Assembly (NCBI GenBank): GCA_033763315.1
Contig: JANRKS010000034.1
Span: 160,001-224,000, forward strand
Reading direction: 5' to 3'
From: Deltaproteobacteria bacterium
GTDB taxonomy: Bacteria > Myxococcota_A > Polyangia > Fen-1088
DNA length: 64,000 bases
The number at the start of each line of letters is the position of its first letter. The stretch's first letter is position 1. Positions 29,670-40,056 of the stretch are shown in pieces. The notes below the pieces were generated by a model that made no database searches, was not told the origin of the DNA, and saw nothing but the letters and a program-made list of their open reading frames with translations. Position numbers and translations under genes: made by a program.

Positions 29670-32600
29670 TCACGGAGCGGCTTGGGTTGGCGCGCCTGCC
29701 GCGGGGCCGTCCTGCGTTCGTGGCGACGTCTCTGTCACGGGGCGATTGAAGGGAATTGTGGGCCTCCCGAGTGACGACTGCAGCGTCACGAAGCGTTCGA
29801 GATCTTCAACGGCGTGGCGGTGATCGGCGCGCGCGAAGCGGGCGCGCGCCAGATAATAAAGTGCCTCCGGGCGGCGTTGTAAGAACGCGGCGTCTTGCGC
29901 CAGCGGTTTGAGCAGCCCCACAGCGTCTTCGTAAAACTCGGCCTTATAGTGAAGGAAGCCCGCCAACAGGGCAAAGTCCTGGCTGGGATCTTTCCACAGG
30001 GCGGCGGGCCATTTTTCCAGCGCCTTGTATGCCGTGACAAACATCCGCTTCTTCACAAGGGCTTCCACTTCGGCGTATTGCCGCGCGATCACTTCGCCCT
30101 GCTGCGGGGTGATCTGGGCAGGCAGGTGCGGTGGCTCAAGATCGCCCTGGGGCGCCAGTGGGATCTCGGGATCTGAGCTTAAACGTGTGGCCACCAAGTT
30201 CATCAACAGACGCGCACGTGCGGCGGGGCCAGATCCCGGCGTGGCTTCGGCTTGGCGGGTCCAATGTTCCGCTTCGCGAATGCGACCGTTCGCCAACAAC
30301 GACCGAGCGAGCGCGGCCGCGCCGGTGTCGGCCCCGGCCGGATCGCTGTTCACGCCCGAGATGATGTTGGCAAGGTGCCCATAGGGCCAAGCAGGTCCGT
30401 AGACACGGGTAAGATAAGGATCATACGTGCTGTATCCAAGCAGATCGCGCGGCGCTGCGAACTCAATCAGCGCGTTGTCGTCGGTGTTCAGCTCGGCGCC
30501 CGCAGAGAAGGGCAACACTTCATCGGGCGCCAATAGTACTTGAGCGAATACGTCATAGGGAGAATGCCACCCAGCGCGGGCCGCTTCGGCTTTGACTGCA
30601 GGGATGTCAAAGAGTTTGCGCATGCGTTCCGCATCAAGTGGCAGCGGCTTCATGCTGCCGATGAGAATCGTATCTGAGGAAAGATCTTCAGCTGAAAATA
30701 CGGTGAGATAAGGAAACTCGCTTGCGAGCGTTCGGTAGATCGACTTCACATTCCACGGTGCCATCTCATAAAGTTGAGCCCACTGACAAAACACGCCATC
30801 AGGGGCAAGGCGGCGTTTGATCGATTGAAAATATTCGCGCGTGAACAAGTTCGACACGCCCGTGATCCAAGGGTTCGATGGTTCGCTCACAATCACGTCG
30901 AACGAATCGGTGCGTTGGCTAAGGAAGTTCCTGCCGTCGCCCACGCGCGCGGTGACCAGCGGGTTGGCCAAAGGTCGCTTGTTCACGTGTTCGAAAAACT
31001 TTGAGGCGCGGTAGACCGCGGGCTCAAGCTCGACAACTTCAAGTGAACGCAAGGGCGCTTGCGTGATGCTCCCCGCGGTGACGCCGCTGCCGAACCCGAT
31101 GAGCGCCACGCGCGGATCTGGTTTGTGCACGAGCAGCATGGGCAACAGCCCCACCGACACTTGCGTGGGCATATCGGCATCCGAAGACGCATCCACTTTG
31201 CCGTTGTTCTTCAGTGAATACGTCTTGCCCCATTGTTCCACGGTCACCGTGGTGGCCACGCCGTCTTCGTAAAACACGAGCTGCGGACGTTTCCATTCTT
31301 TGTTGGCGTGCGTTCGTTCAACGTAGTCGCGCGCGATCGACACGCGGAAAAAGCCTTGCGAGAAGCTCGTCAAGTTCCAGCGGGGTAGCAACGGGCCACC
31401 AACCAGCGCCACAGCAGCCAAGCCAACGCCCAGCACTCTGTGTGCTTTACCGAGGGCAGGGGCCACCACAAACAACGTGGCCACCAACACGGCCAAGGCA
31501 GCGGCCGCCAAGTAGAGGCCTCTCTGCAGGCCGAACGCGGGCAGAATCACGAACCCTGAAAGAAACGATCCCACAATCGCGCCCACGGTGTTCACGGCAT
31601 ATGTGTTGCCCACGTCATGGCCCACGTTTTCAACGCTGGCGGTGACGACGCGCATCGTGAGGGGAAATACCGCCCCCATCAAAAGCGTGGCTGGCAGAAT
31701 CACCAGACACGCCAAAATGAACTGGCACATCTGCACGGCGTTGGGGCCGAAACTTGTTGATGAAAGCAGCCACGCAAACACGAAGGGCAGCTTGTCCATC
31801 AGCAGATACGACGAGCCCAACGCCGCGACGGTGCCCAGGTGTACCCAAGCCAAAGCACGCACGGGGTTGATGAAACGATCCGAAAGCCGGCCCAACGCAG
31901 CGGAGCCCGCGCCCAACCCCACGAGGAACGCGAGCAAGATCAGCGTGAACGAATAGATTGATGAGCCAATCAGCACGGCCAAGGCGCGCGTCCACAACAC
32001 TTGAATCACCATGGCCGCTGCGCCTGAGACGCCGAACCCGATCACAACCACGCGGCGGGCGCCGATGGATGTAAGCAAGGGCGCCTTATCTTTAGTTAAG
32101 GCAGGCGTCACCCCCGCTTGTGCGATGAGCTCGTCCAGATCCTGCGTGAGTGGTTGGTGGCGTTGCCACCGCGACAACGCGAAAATGGCTGCGGCCAACA
32201 AGACATTCACAGACGCGGCGATTTGATTTGTGTGCGCCAAACCAACACGCGGCAACAGCACGAAGCCAGCCATAAATGATCCGGTGAGGGCGCCGAATAG
32301 ATTGAGCGCGTAAAGCGTTCCCAATTGACTGCCCACTTTGCGCAGCGCCGCCCCACGCTCCAACACCACCCGCGCCAAGATCGGCAACGTCGCGCCCATC
32401 AACGTGGTGGGCAAGAGCAGTAGAGCGGCTGAGGCCGCGAAGCGCATCACAGACAGAAGGCCGTAATGGTCGCCAAACGACGTCCATAGCCACCGGTTCA
32501 GGGGATCGTAATGCCCCACCAACCAAGGCACCACCAAAGCCCAAACACCGATGCCCGCTTCAGCCATCGCGTAGGCGCGCACCGGGTGTTTGAGTTTGTC

Positions 32601-32792
32601 GGCATAACGGCCGGCGAGCCACGATCCCAAGCCCAAGCCGCCCATAAAGGCTGTAAGCACAGTGGAGATGGCGAGCGTCGTCGAGCCGAACACCAACGAC
32701 AACATGCGCGTCCACAGCAACTCGAACACCAACCCGGATGCACCGGATAAGAAGAAACAGATGCGGATGGCGTTGCGCATGAGGCGCCGCAC
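29670..32792 (-). CDS. Fused MFS-like membrane domain / spermidine synthase with C-terminal TPR
   Basis: FFLSGASGLVFELLW, LIGFGSGVT, GDGRNFL, DVIVSEPSNPW; start 32780 or 32792. Confidence 0.9.
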   Translation of the reverse strand: MRRLMRNAIRICFFLSGASGLVFELLWTRMLSLVFGSTTLAISTVLTAFMGGLGLGSWLAGRYADKLKHPVRAYAMAEAGIGVWALVVPWLVGHYDPLNRWLWTSFGDHYGLLSVMRFAASAALLLLPTTLMGATLPILARVVLERGAALRKVGSQLGTLYALNLFGALTGSFMAGFVLLPRVGLAHTNQIAASVNVLLAAAIFALSRWQRHQPLTQDLDELIAQAGVTPALTKDKAPLLTSIGARRVVVIGFGVSGAAAMVIQVLWTRALAVLIGSSIYSFTLILLAFLVGLGAGSAALGRLSDRFINPVRALAWVHLGTVAALGSSYLLMDKLPFVFAWLLSSTSFGPNAVQMCQFILACLVILPATLLMGAVFPLTMRVVTASVENVGHDVGNTYAVNTVGAIVGSFLSGFVILPAFGLQRGLYLAAAALAVLVATLFVVAPALGKAHRVLGVGLAAVALVGGPLLPRWNLTSFSQGFFRVSIARDYVERTHANKEWKRPQLVFYEDGVATTVTVEQWGKTYSLKNNGKVDASSDADMPTQVSVGLLPMLLVHKPDPRVALIGFGSGVTAGSITQAPLRSLEVVELEPAVYRASKFFEHVNKRPLANPLVTARVGDGRNFLSQRTDSFDVIVSEPSNPWITGVSNLFTREYFQSIKRRLAPDGVFCQWAQLYEMAPWNVKSIYRTLASEFPYLTVFSAEDLSSDTILIGSMKPLPLDAERMRKLFDIPAVKAEAARAGWHSPYDVFAQVLLAPDEVLPFSAGAELNTDDNALIEFAAPRDLLGYSTYDPYLTRVYGPAWPYGHLANIISGVNSDPAGADTGAAALARSLLANGRIREAEHWTRQAEATPGSGPAARARLLMNLVATRLSSDPEIPLAPQGDLEPPHLPAQITPQQGEVIARQYAEVEALVKKRMFVTAYKALEKWPAALWKDPSQDFALLAGFLHYKAEFYEDAVGLLKPLAQDAAFLQRRPEALYYLARARFARADHRHAVEDLERFVTLQSSLGRPTIPFNRPVTETSPRTQDGPAAGAPTQAAP

Positions 32793-32836
32793 TTTACACC
32801 GCCACGGGCGCTGTGCGCGGCTGGCGAATGGTGTGC

Positions 32837-34657
32837 TTAAGGCGCGCGCCGCAGACGGACCCGAACGCTGCCTGCGGCTTCAGGCGAGCCTGCGGGTGCC
32901 TCAGGATCCGGACCCGCTTCGATCACTTCAAGCATCTCTTGTCGCGGCCGCGAACTGTCATAGATGAACCGGATCGCGAGGCCTTCGGGTTTGCGATCCA
33001 CCCAGACCGACCCAAAGCCCCCTTCACGCACGCGATAATGCCCGACCGGCAGCAATGATTTTGCCTTTGGCAGTTTCACCACCACGCCCGTCGGATCCTT
33101 GAGCGAATATTGAATCATCCCGTCCGTGGAGCCTGTGATGGCCACCGACGCCGTGGCGGTGGCTCCTGAAACGCGCAACGAGGGCCCCACGGGTTCGTCG
33201 GCCACGATGGCGGTTGCTGCTGCGGGCGCGGACGCGGATTCTGCGGTGCCGCTGCCGTGCTTGGCTGGCGTCCCTGGACGCCCCTGCTTCTCGAACGCCG
33301 CGGAGATCTCACGGTGAATGACGCCCTTGAGCCCCAACGTCGCAGCCTGAGTTGCCTCGGCCGCGCCCTTCGCTTGGCGGGCCAAACTGCGGGTCTCATC
33401 CAGATTCTTCCGCGTGTCTTCCAATACGGCGACTTGGCTTGTCAGACGCGCATCGATTCGTTGCGACACCATGACCCGATCGTAAATCAGCGCGGCGACC
33501 AAAATCGCTCCCAGGACCGGCCAGCCCCACGTCCACCACCAGGGGTTGCTGGCTCGACGCACCACCCGAGGCCGCGTGACACTGACGGTGGGCTCCAGAT
33601 CGATGGGATCTTCGATGGAGGCTTGCAGCACCTCGCGTGAATCAGAGGGATCCCCCGTGCGCATGGGCGTGGGCGTTTGAGGCGTCGGCGCGGGACGGCG
33701 CTCGCGAATGCGTGTGGGCTGTTGCCGGCGTCGCGGGGTGCGCGAAGGCGTGTGCAGGGGCAGGGGTGTGTTTGCAGCGGCTACGGCGGTGGCGGGCGCC
33801 GTGGGCATCTCAAGCGGCATCGTGGGTGCCACGCCTTTGTGCAAGATGAGGGTAGGTGCCGAAGGGCTGGGGTTGTACGGCGATTCGGGTTGGCCCACGC
33901 TCGCCGCCATCGCCTCGGGAACAGCGCTGCGGGCGGTGGTTTCCTCGGGACCGAATTCGCCTGTGCGGGGCGTGGAATCCGCCAGAAATTCGTTCGCCAA
34001 AGGGGCGGCCGATTCCGGCAACGCGACGTCCACGGCCAACCGAGGAATGCCGTCGCCTGGTTCAGGTTCAAGGTGCACGCGTTCGAGCGTTCCGTGCGTT
34101 TCGACGCGGCTGTCGCCCGCAATGAAAGAGACGTCCACAGCCGAATCCAACCGCAGAAAAGGCAACGACGTTTGTAGGCGCAGGCCGTCTTTGGTGACCA
34201 CCGCGCGGCTGCGCAGGGCCTCGGGCATGCCCTCGAAACGGACCTTCACCAAGCGTGAATGGTCGGAGCCGTTTTGCACCAAAGTGTGCAGGATGGCTTG
34301 ATCCGCGGCTTCGAGGTTCTCAAAGCAAATGCCGAGGCCTGTGGCCGCCGAAGGCATCGACTGCATGCGCGCCACGCGGCCTTTGAGGTAGCGGCGGCCG
34401 CCCGGCAGAGGGATGTCGCACAGCAGGCGGGTGCCCACGGGGCAGTCGTTGGTCGCGCGGTGTTCGGCTTCGAGAAAAACGCCCGTGGGGCTGAGGTTCA
34501 AGGAGCGGGCACGGATCGGCGTCCGGCCTCCCGGCCTCAAGATATGCACTTCCGCCGCATAATCCACGCGGGGTTGGGCTCTTTGAGACTCTGTCCTCAC
34601 AGCTTCCGTTTCCACTTTCTTGCGCCCGAACCTCCGGGGCGGCCGACAGTACCACAA
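32837..34657 (-). CDS. PilZ-domain membrane protein
   Basis: RAQPR (RxxxR) and NLSPTG (D/NxSxxG), Pro-rich linker, one TM, coiled segment, beta-rich C-terminus; start uncertain. Confidence 0.75.
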   Translation of the reverse strand: MWYCRPPRRFGRKKVETEAVRTESQRAQPRVDYAAEVHILRPGGRTPIRARSLNLSPTGVFLEAEHRATNDCPVGTRLLCDIPLPGGRRYLKGRVARMQSMPSAATGLGICFENLEAADQAILHTLVQNGSDHSRLVKVRFEGMPEALRSRAVVTKDGLRLQTSLPFLRLDSAVDVSFIAGDSRVETHGTLERVHLEPEPGDGIPRLAVDVALPESAAPLANEFLADSTPRTGEFGPEETTARSAVPEAMAASVGQPESPYNPSPSAPTLILHKGVAPTMPLEMPTAPATAVAAANTPLPLHTPSRTPRRRQQPTRIRERRPAPTPQTPTPMRTGDPSDSREVLQASIEDPIDLEPTVSVTRPRVVRRASNPWWWTWGWPVLGAILVAALIYDRVMVSQRIDARLTSQVAVLEDTRKNLDETRSLARQAKGAAEATQAATLGLKGVIHREISAAFEKQGRPGTPAKHGSGTAESASAPAAATAIVADEPVGPSLRVSGATATASVAITGSTDGMIQYSLKDPTGVVVKLPKAKSLLPVGHYRVREGGFGSVWVDRKPEGLAIRFIYDSSRPRQEMLEVIEAGPDPEAPAGSPEAAGSVRVRLRRAP

Positions 34658-34768
34658 CTCCCACCTTTGCCTCCATAGCCTTTGCGTAACGTTTCTGGGT
34701 GGTTTTGTTTGTCTTATGTGGCTTGGCCCCCGGCGCTGGGGGAAGCGTCTTGCTAGCTTGCCCGGTGT

Positions 34769-35113
34769 ATGCCGATGCCCACGGAAATCATTGGTCTTTT
34801 GCGCTCAAAGCTGACCTTCAAGTGGCCCGACGGCTGTGAAACGGTGATCGGTGCCCGGGATCTGCGCATGCGTTGCCATTGCGCTCAATGCGTGGATGAG
34901 CATACGGGTGAGCCCCTCCTCGACTCAGGCCGGGTGGGGCAAAACATTCGGGCCAAGAACATCCGGTTGGTGGGCCAATACGGCATCTCGATCGACTGGA
35001 CCGAATCGCCGTGCGCGAACATCTATACGTTTCGCGACCTGCGGGCGCTGTGTGATTGCGATGCGTGCAAGGCCCTTCGCGCGCAAGGCAAAAAGCCGGG
35101 CGGCGCTTCCTAG
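34769..35113 (+). CDS. DUF971/GBBH-like N-terminal domain protein
   Basis: W.DG...LRMRCHCAQCVDEHTG...VGQYG..IDW...IYTF. Confidence 0.85.
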   Translation: MPMPTEIIGLLRSKLTFKWPDGCETVIGARDLRMRCHCAQCVDEHTGEPLLDSGRVGQNIRAKNIRLVGQYGISIDWTESPCANIYTFRDLRALCDCDACKALRAQGKKPGGAS

Positions 35114-35934
35114 GGCGCTTGCAGTGTCGTTCGCACACGTTCGAGCAATCGCTTCGTTGCCAAGATTCCCTCCTCTTCGGGCAGGCCTTGGCCTTCGTAT
35201 TCGATGCCAACGTAGCCGCGGTAACCTGCGCCGAGGACGATGTTCATCATGCGTGCAAAATCGATTGAGGTCTCATTGCCCTCAGCATCGAAGGCGAAGC
35301 TCTTGGCGCTCACGGCTTTTGCAAACGGGGCCATGTCTGCCACACCTTGATAGCGATCGTAGGTTTCGGTGTCGCTGATGGCAAAGTTGCCGAAGTCAGG
35401 CAAGGTGCCGAGCCGCGGGTGATCGGCGTGCTTCATCAATTGCGCAAGCCAGGCGCCGTTCGACGAGAGGCCACCGTGGTTTTCGACCACGATGTTGATG
35501 CCAAAGTCGTCGGCGAATGTGCAAAGCGCCACCAGGCCGTCGGCCGCATAGGAAAGTTGTTCATCGAAGTTGCCCTCGCTGCGGGCGTTCACGCGGACGG
35601 CGTGGCAACCCAGGAACGCGGCGGCGGCGACCCACTTTTTGTGGTTCTCCACCGCCAGGGCGCGCGCCGCTGCGTTGGGATCGCCGAGCCTTCCTTCGTG
35701 ATCGACCATCATCAGCAGGCTCCAAACGCCTTCGCCCACGGCACGGCGCTTGAGCTCGGCCAGGAAAGCTCGGTCCTGCGCCTTGTCTGCAAAACACTGG
35801 TTCACATACTCGATGGCGTCGAAGCCCAATCGGTTCGCTACGCCAGCGAATGCCAGAACGTCGAGTGCTCCGCTCTTGAACGCGCGGTGGAGCGACCATT
35901 GCGCGAGCGAAATCTTGAACGCCGGTTGTGTCAT
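35110..35934 (-). CDS. Sugar phosphate isomerase/epimerase (xylose isomerase-like TIM barrel)
   Basis: SLAQWSLHR, VENHGG, LPDFGNF, GIEYEG. Confidence 0.9.
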   Translation of the reverse strand: MTQPAFKISLAQWSLHRAFKSGALDVLAFAGVANRLGFDAIEYVNQCFADKAQDRAFLAELKRRAVGEGVWSLLMMVDHEGRLGDPNAAARALAVENHKKWVAAAAFLGCHAVRVNARSEGNFDEQLSYAADGLVALCTFADDFGINIVVENHGGLSSNGAWLAQLMKHADHPRLGTLPDFGNFAISDTETYDRYQGVADMAPFAKAVSAKSFAFDAEGNETSIDFARMMNIVLGAGYRGYVGIEYEGQGLPEEEGILATKRLLERVRTTLQAP

Positions 35935-36047
35935 CGCAGTTCAAACTTTCCGTGTGGGTGGCTGTAGGGGTGCTGGATTGCCGTTGTTTACAGTGCTGGA
36001 TTCGGCCTAAGTGCCACCAGGTGTGCTACCGTTTTCCACTCTTCGTC

Positions 36048-36791
36048 ATGCGGTATGGCATCGTTTCCGACACACACGCGAACATTGAAGCACTTGAGGC
36101 CGTTTTCAAGGCCATGGCTTCAGAGTCGATTGATCGCTACGTCTGCTTAGGCGACACCGTTGGATATGGCGCCAGCCCCAACGAAACCTGCGATCTGATG
36201 CGCCAAAAGGTGGCGTTCTCCATCTTGGGGAACCACGACGCCGCCGTCGCCGGCCGCATGGATTACTCCTACTATTACTTCGCGGCTCGCCACGCGTTGG
36301 ATAAACACGCGCGCGAGCTCAAGCCCGACCACATGGAGTGGCTTAAGTCGTTGCCTTACGAGGTTCGTGAGGGCGACGTTCACTTCTGTCACGGCTCGCC
36401 GCTGAACATAGAAGAGTTCGACTATATCTTTGCGCGAGATCAGGCCGCGCAATGTATGCAAATTTGGGAGACGATGCCGGCGCTTACGGTGATTGGGCAC
36501 TCGCATTTGTGCAAGGCGTTCGCTTTGAACCCGAACCACGACCGCACCACATCGCAAGAGGTTGTGGCGCAGACGTTCGAGCTGCGGCCCGGCTGGAAAT
36601 ACATCATCAGCGTGGGCTCTGTGGGGCAGCCGCGCGATTTCGATCCGCGTGCCTCTTATGTCATCTACGACACCGACAAACGTGTGTTCGAGTTCAAGCG
36701 CGTGGAGTACGACGTGAAGTCCTCTGCCGACAAGATCTTGGCAACGGATCTGGAACCGAACTTCGGAACGCGCCTCTATTTGGGCATCTAG
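36048..36791 (+). CDS. Metallophosphoesterase
   Basis: SDTHAN, LGDTVGYG, GNHD, HGSP, GHSH, GSVGQPRD. Confidence 0.92.
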   Translation: MRYGIVSDTHANIEALEAVFKAMASESIDRYVCLGDTVGYGASPNETCDLMRQKVAFSILGNHDAAVAGRMDYSYYYFAARHALDKHARELKPDHMEWLKSLPYEVREGDVHFCHGSPLNIEEFDYIFARDQAAQCMQIWETMPALTVIGHSHLCKAFALNPNHDRTTSQEVVAQTFELRPGWKYIISVGSVGQPRDFDPRASYVIYDTDKRVFEFKRVEYDVKSSADKILATDLEPNFGTRLYLGI

Positions 36792-38206
36792 TTCGTCGTT
36801 ACCTTGGATCCGGTGGCGCGGGTCAAAGCTGACGCCGCCAGATCAAAATCATGCACGGCCTGTAGATAGCGGGCGCGCATGGTAAAGTAGGCCCTCAACG
36901 CGTCAGTGACCTCGCGGGTTTCGGCCAAGCCCAAATCCATCTTCTGAACGATGGCGGTGAGCCATCGACGTGACAGTTTCTCGCCTTTGGCCAGCGTCTC
37001 TATGCGGCTGTTGGCTTCGTTGAGCTCGATGTAAGCTTTGGAGACCTCGAAACCGATGCCACCCAAGGCTTCACGGCGGCGAAAGGCTGCTTCCTCGGCG
37101 TCGGCCAACGCTTTGGCGGCGCGCGCGTTGCGAGGCCCGAAGTCGAGCGGCACGCGCAAAGCGGCTGCCAAGCCGCCCGATAAAGTGTTGTACGGATCGT
37201 TTGCGAATGCGTTCTGCGGGTTGTCCACGGAGCTCGCGTAAGCGAAGGTGGCTGTGCCCACGATGGCGATGTCAGGCAATTGCTTGGCCCATTCGAGATC
37301 GGCTGACTTGCGTTTGCTGCGCACGAAGTAATCAAGAGCGCGCACTTCAGGCCGCGTCAGGCGTGCTTGTTCTTCGTAAAACGAAAGCGGCCGCGTTGGC
37401 ACGGCAAGTTTCTCGAGAGCTTGCGCGTCCACATCGATTTCGCGTGGCCCTTCAGGGCCGATGAGCGCGCGCAAACCAGCGCGTGCGATCTCAAGCCCGC
37501 GACCCACTTCCGACATTTGTGCTTCGACATCGGCGCGGGTACTTTGCAGGCGTAGCTTGTCGGTGATGGTCATGTTGCCGGCGCCTTCATCCAGATCTTT
37601 TTGCACCATGTCTTCGGCTTGCTGCACGTAGCCCAAGCCCTCTTTGAGCGTCGCTTGAAGTTCACGCGCCAACTTGAAGCCGTAGTAGGCGCGACGAACG
37701 TTGTAATCAAGCTCAGCGGCCATCGCTTGTTCACGCCCGCGGGAGGCCTCCACGCCGGCTTCTGCCGCTTCAACGCCTGCGGAGATCTTGCCGAAGGTGT
37801 AAACAGGCTGCGTGAACGTCAGTTGCGTGCGGGTGAAGACGCCGTCGAGTTTAAGCGTGGCGTCCCTGATGTCGGGTGTTGTGATGCAATTGTATGGATC
37901 GGGGCTGCACTTGATTTTGGGTGAAGGTGCGAGCAACGACGTAAGCTCGCCTGAAGGCAACCAATTGCGCTCGGCTTCACCCACTTGCGCACGCACCGAC
38001 GCGGTGGCGCGATCGCCGGCGCCAAGGCCTGGGTTGTAGCGACGTGCAAGTGCCAACAAGTCGTCCAAAGTGTAGACGCCCGTGGATGCTTGATCGGCGG
38101 CGTGGGCGGTGATGCCACCGTTGGCAAGAAGACAAAGCAGCAGCGATAGGCCCAAAAGACCGATCGGGTTTCGCCGGGGGCGTGGCGCGGGTTTGCACAT
38201 GACCAC
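36788..38206 (-). CDS. TolC family outer membrane efflux protein
   Basis: Signal peptide, TQPVYTFGK, two OEP-like helical repeats. Confidence 0.88.
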   Translation of the reverse strand: MVMCKPAPRPRRNPIGLLGLSLLLCLLANGGITAHAADQASTGVYTLDDLLALARRYNPGLGAGDRATASVRAQVGEAERNWLPSGELTSLLAPSPKIKCSPDPYNCITTPDIRDATLKLDGVFTRTQLTFTQPVYTFGKISAGVEAAEAGVEASRGREQAMAAELDYNVRRAYYGFKLARELQATLKEGLGYVQQAEDMVQKDLDEGAGNMTITDKLRLQSTRADVEAQMSEVGRGLEIARAGLRALIGPEGPREIDVDAQALEKLAVPTRPLSFYEEQARLTRPEVRALDYFVRSKRKSADLEWAKQLPDIAIVGTATFAYASSVDNPQNAFANDPYNTLSGGLAAALRVPLDFGPRNARAAKALADAEEAAFRRREALGGIGFEVSKAYIELNEANSRIETLAKGEKLSRRWLTAIVQKMDLGLAETREVTDALRAYFTMRARYLQAVHDFDLAASALTRATGSKVTTN

Positions 38207-38261
38207 GACACTCTACACGCTAAATCCGCCGTTTGACCGCCCCTTGGGGGCGTGGTAGCCG

Positions 38262-38771
38262 ATGCATGTGACAGATCCAACGGCGCCCGCTTTCACCCCA
38301 CGTGCTTCGCAAGTCGAGGCGGCACACATCGTGTTGCCCGGCGAGACGAACGCGCTTGGCACCATTTTTGGCGGCACCTTGATGCAATGGATAGATGTGG
38401 CGGGCGCGATTGCGGCCGCTCGCCATGCGTTGGGCCCTGTGGTGACGGCATCCATGGATCGATTGCATTTTTTACGTCCGGTGCATCTGGGCGCTGTGGT
38501 GATCGTGCAAGCGCAGGTCAACTTCGCTTCACGCACGTCCTTGGAAGTGGGTGTGCGCGTGCTCGCCGAAGATCAGCGGACACGTGTCCGCGTGCAGGCC
38601 ACGCGTGCCTATTTAACGTTCGTGGCGATCGATGAAGCAGGTGCGCCTCGGCCCATTGAACCTTTGATTTTAGAGACCGAGGAAGACAAACGCCGTTTTG
38701 AAGCGGCCTCGCGGCGACGCGCGGCACGCTTGGCAGAACGCCAAGAGGTATCGGGGAAACTCAATGGATAG
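38262..38771 (+). CDS. Acyl-CoA thioesterase (hotdog fold)
   Basis: TNALGTIFGG, VVTASMD, RTSLEVGV. Confidence 0.92.
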   Translation: MHVTDPTAPAFTPRASQVEAAHIVLPGETNALGTIFGGTLMQWIDVAGAIAAARHALGPVVTASMDRLHFLRPVHLGAVVIVQAQVNFASRTSLEVGVRVLAEDQRTRVRVQATRAYLTFVAIDEAGAPRPIEPLILETEEDKRRFEAASRRRAARLAERQEVSGKLNG

Positions 38772-39753
38772 TGCTGCTGCCATCAACGCCGCGCGGACAC
38801 ACGCCGCATTTGTGGACGCTTTGCCCGTCGACCTCATTCAAGGCACGGGCGGCGATCGCATCGCTTTTCTGCACCGGCTGCTTTCGGGCAACGTTACGGG
38901 TGCGTTGGTGGGGGGCGGCTGCCACACGCTGCTTCTCAATCCCAAGGGGCACATCGTCAGCGACATCCAGTTACTGGTGGGTGACAGCTTCGTGCGCATG
39001 ATGGTCCCCGTTGGGCTGGGGCAAAGCACCGCAGACGCTTTGAACCGGTACGCGATCATGGATGATTTCGCGGCCGTGCCCGTGGCCGGTCAGCGCGTGA
39101 TGGGCGTGGTCGGGCCCCAAGCGGCTGCCGTTCTGCAGCGCGCGGGACTTTCCGTGCCGGCCGGGCTCATCGACGGCGCCGTGTGGTCGCACCACCCGGT
39201 CGCGTTTGCCGACCGCGAGGGGTGGGTGGCCCGGGTGCCGCAATGGGGTGGGATGGGTTTGCGGGTGGTGTTGCCCAAGGCTGCGGCCGCCTTGCTTTCG
39301 GACGCGCTGACGAAGGCGGGCGCGGCTCTGTTGGACGTGGCGGCGGCCGAAGCCCTGCGGGTCGCCTCGGGCGAGCTGAAGTTCGGCGTTGAGATCACGC
39401 CCGAGCGGTTCCCGATGGAACTGGGGCTCGACGACGCCATCGATTACGCGAAGGGCTGCTACCTCGGCCAGGAGCCGATTGTGCGCATCCGAGACCGCGG
39501 ACACGTGAATTGGCGGGTGGCTCGGTTGCGGTTCGGTTTGGGCGGGCCCGCTGTGGTTGCAGGCAACAAAATTGAGAGCGCCGTTCGGCCGGCGGCCGGG
39601 CATTTGACCAGCGTTGCCACCCTGCCGGCTGTGGGCGGGGAGCCGGCGGTGGGCGTGGCGCTTGGCCTCGTGCATGCCACGGTGCCTCCTGGGCCCGTGC
39701 GTTTGCTGACCGACGCCGGGGTGGTGGAAGCCGAAGTGCTTGCCCCCCATTGA
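38764..39753 (+). CDS. ygfZ: YgfZ/GcvT-like folate-binding protein
   Basis: KGCYLGQE signature. Confidence 0.85.
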   Translation: MDSAAAINAARTHAAFVDALPVDLIQGTGGDRIAFLHRLLSGNVTGALVGGGCHTLLLNPKGHIVSDIQLLVGDSFVRMMVPVGLGQSTADALNRYAIMDDFAAVPVAGQRVMGVVGPQAAAVLQRAGLSVPAGLIDGAVWSHHPVAFADREGWVARVPQWGGMGLRVVLPKAAAALLSDALTKAGAALLDVAAAEALRVASGELKFGVEITPERFPMELGLDDAIDYAKGCYLGQEPIVRIRDRGHVNWRVARLRFGLGGPAVVAGNKIESAVRPAAGHLTSVATLPAVGGEPAVGVALGLVHATVPPGPVRLLTDAGVVEAEVLAPH

Positions 39754-39778
39754 GGAATTGAGCCTGTACCCGTATAAC
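39750..39778 (+). promoter_or_regulatory. sigma70 promoter for the small basic protein
   Basis: TTGAGG-N17-TATAAC. Confidence 0.55.
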
Positions 39779-39878
39779 TGCGCGCTCGACAAGCCCCTGC
39801 AACCCTCTGCCCCCTGGGCACGCCCCGGCCAACGATGTTGCCCGGAGCCACTAGCGACCGAAGAAGGAGATCAATTTC

Positions 39879-40016
39879 ATGGGAAAAGGTGACAACCGCG
39901 TTTCTCGCAAAATGCGCCGCAAGAACCGCCAAGCCAAAAAGAAGGCACGCGCGGCTCGCAAGAAGATCGCGAACAAAGTGCCCCCGAAGGGCAAGAGCAA
40001 GTCGAAGTCGGCCTAA
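39879..40016 (+). CDS. 45-aa basic microprotein with bTHX-like N-terminus
   Basis: AAGGAGA SD + ATG; MGKGDNRVSRKMRRKNRQAKKKARAARKKIANKVPPKGKSKSKSA*; not in the ORF track. Confidence 0.85.
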   Translation: MGKGDNRVSRKMRRKNRQAKKKARAARKKIANKVPPKGKSKSKSA

Positions 40017-40056
40017 CGGCCTTCGCGCGCACGCGTAACTGTCGTCCTTCCCTGGG

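Noticed and set aside
39835-40038. 67-aa ORF-track call
   Set aside because: Wrong frame; the SD-supported ORF is 39879-40016
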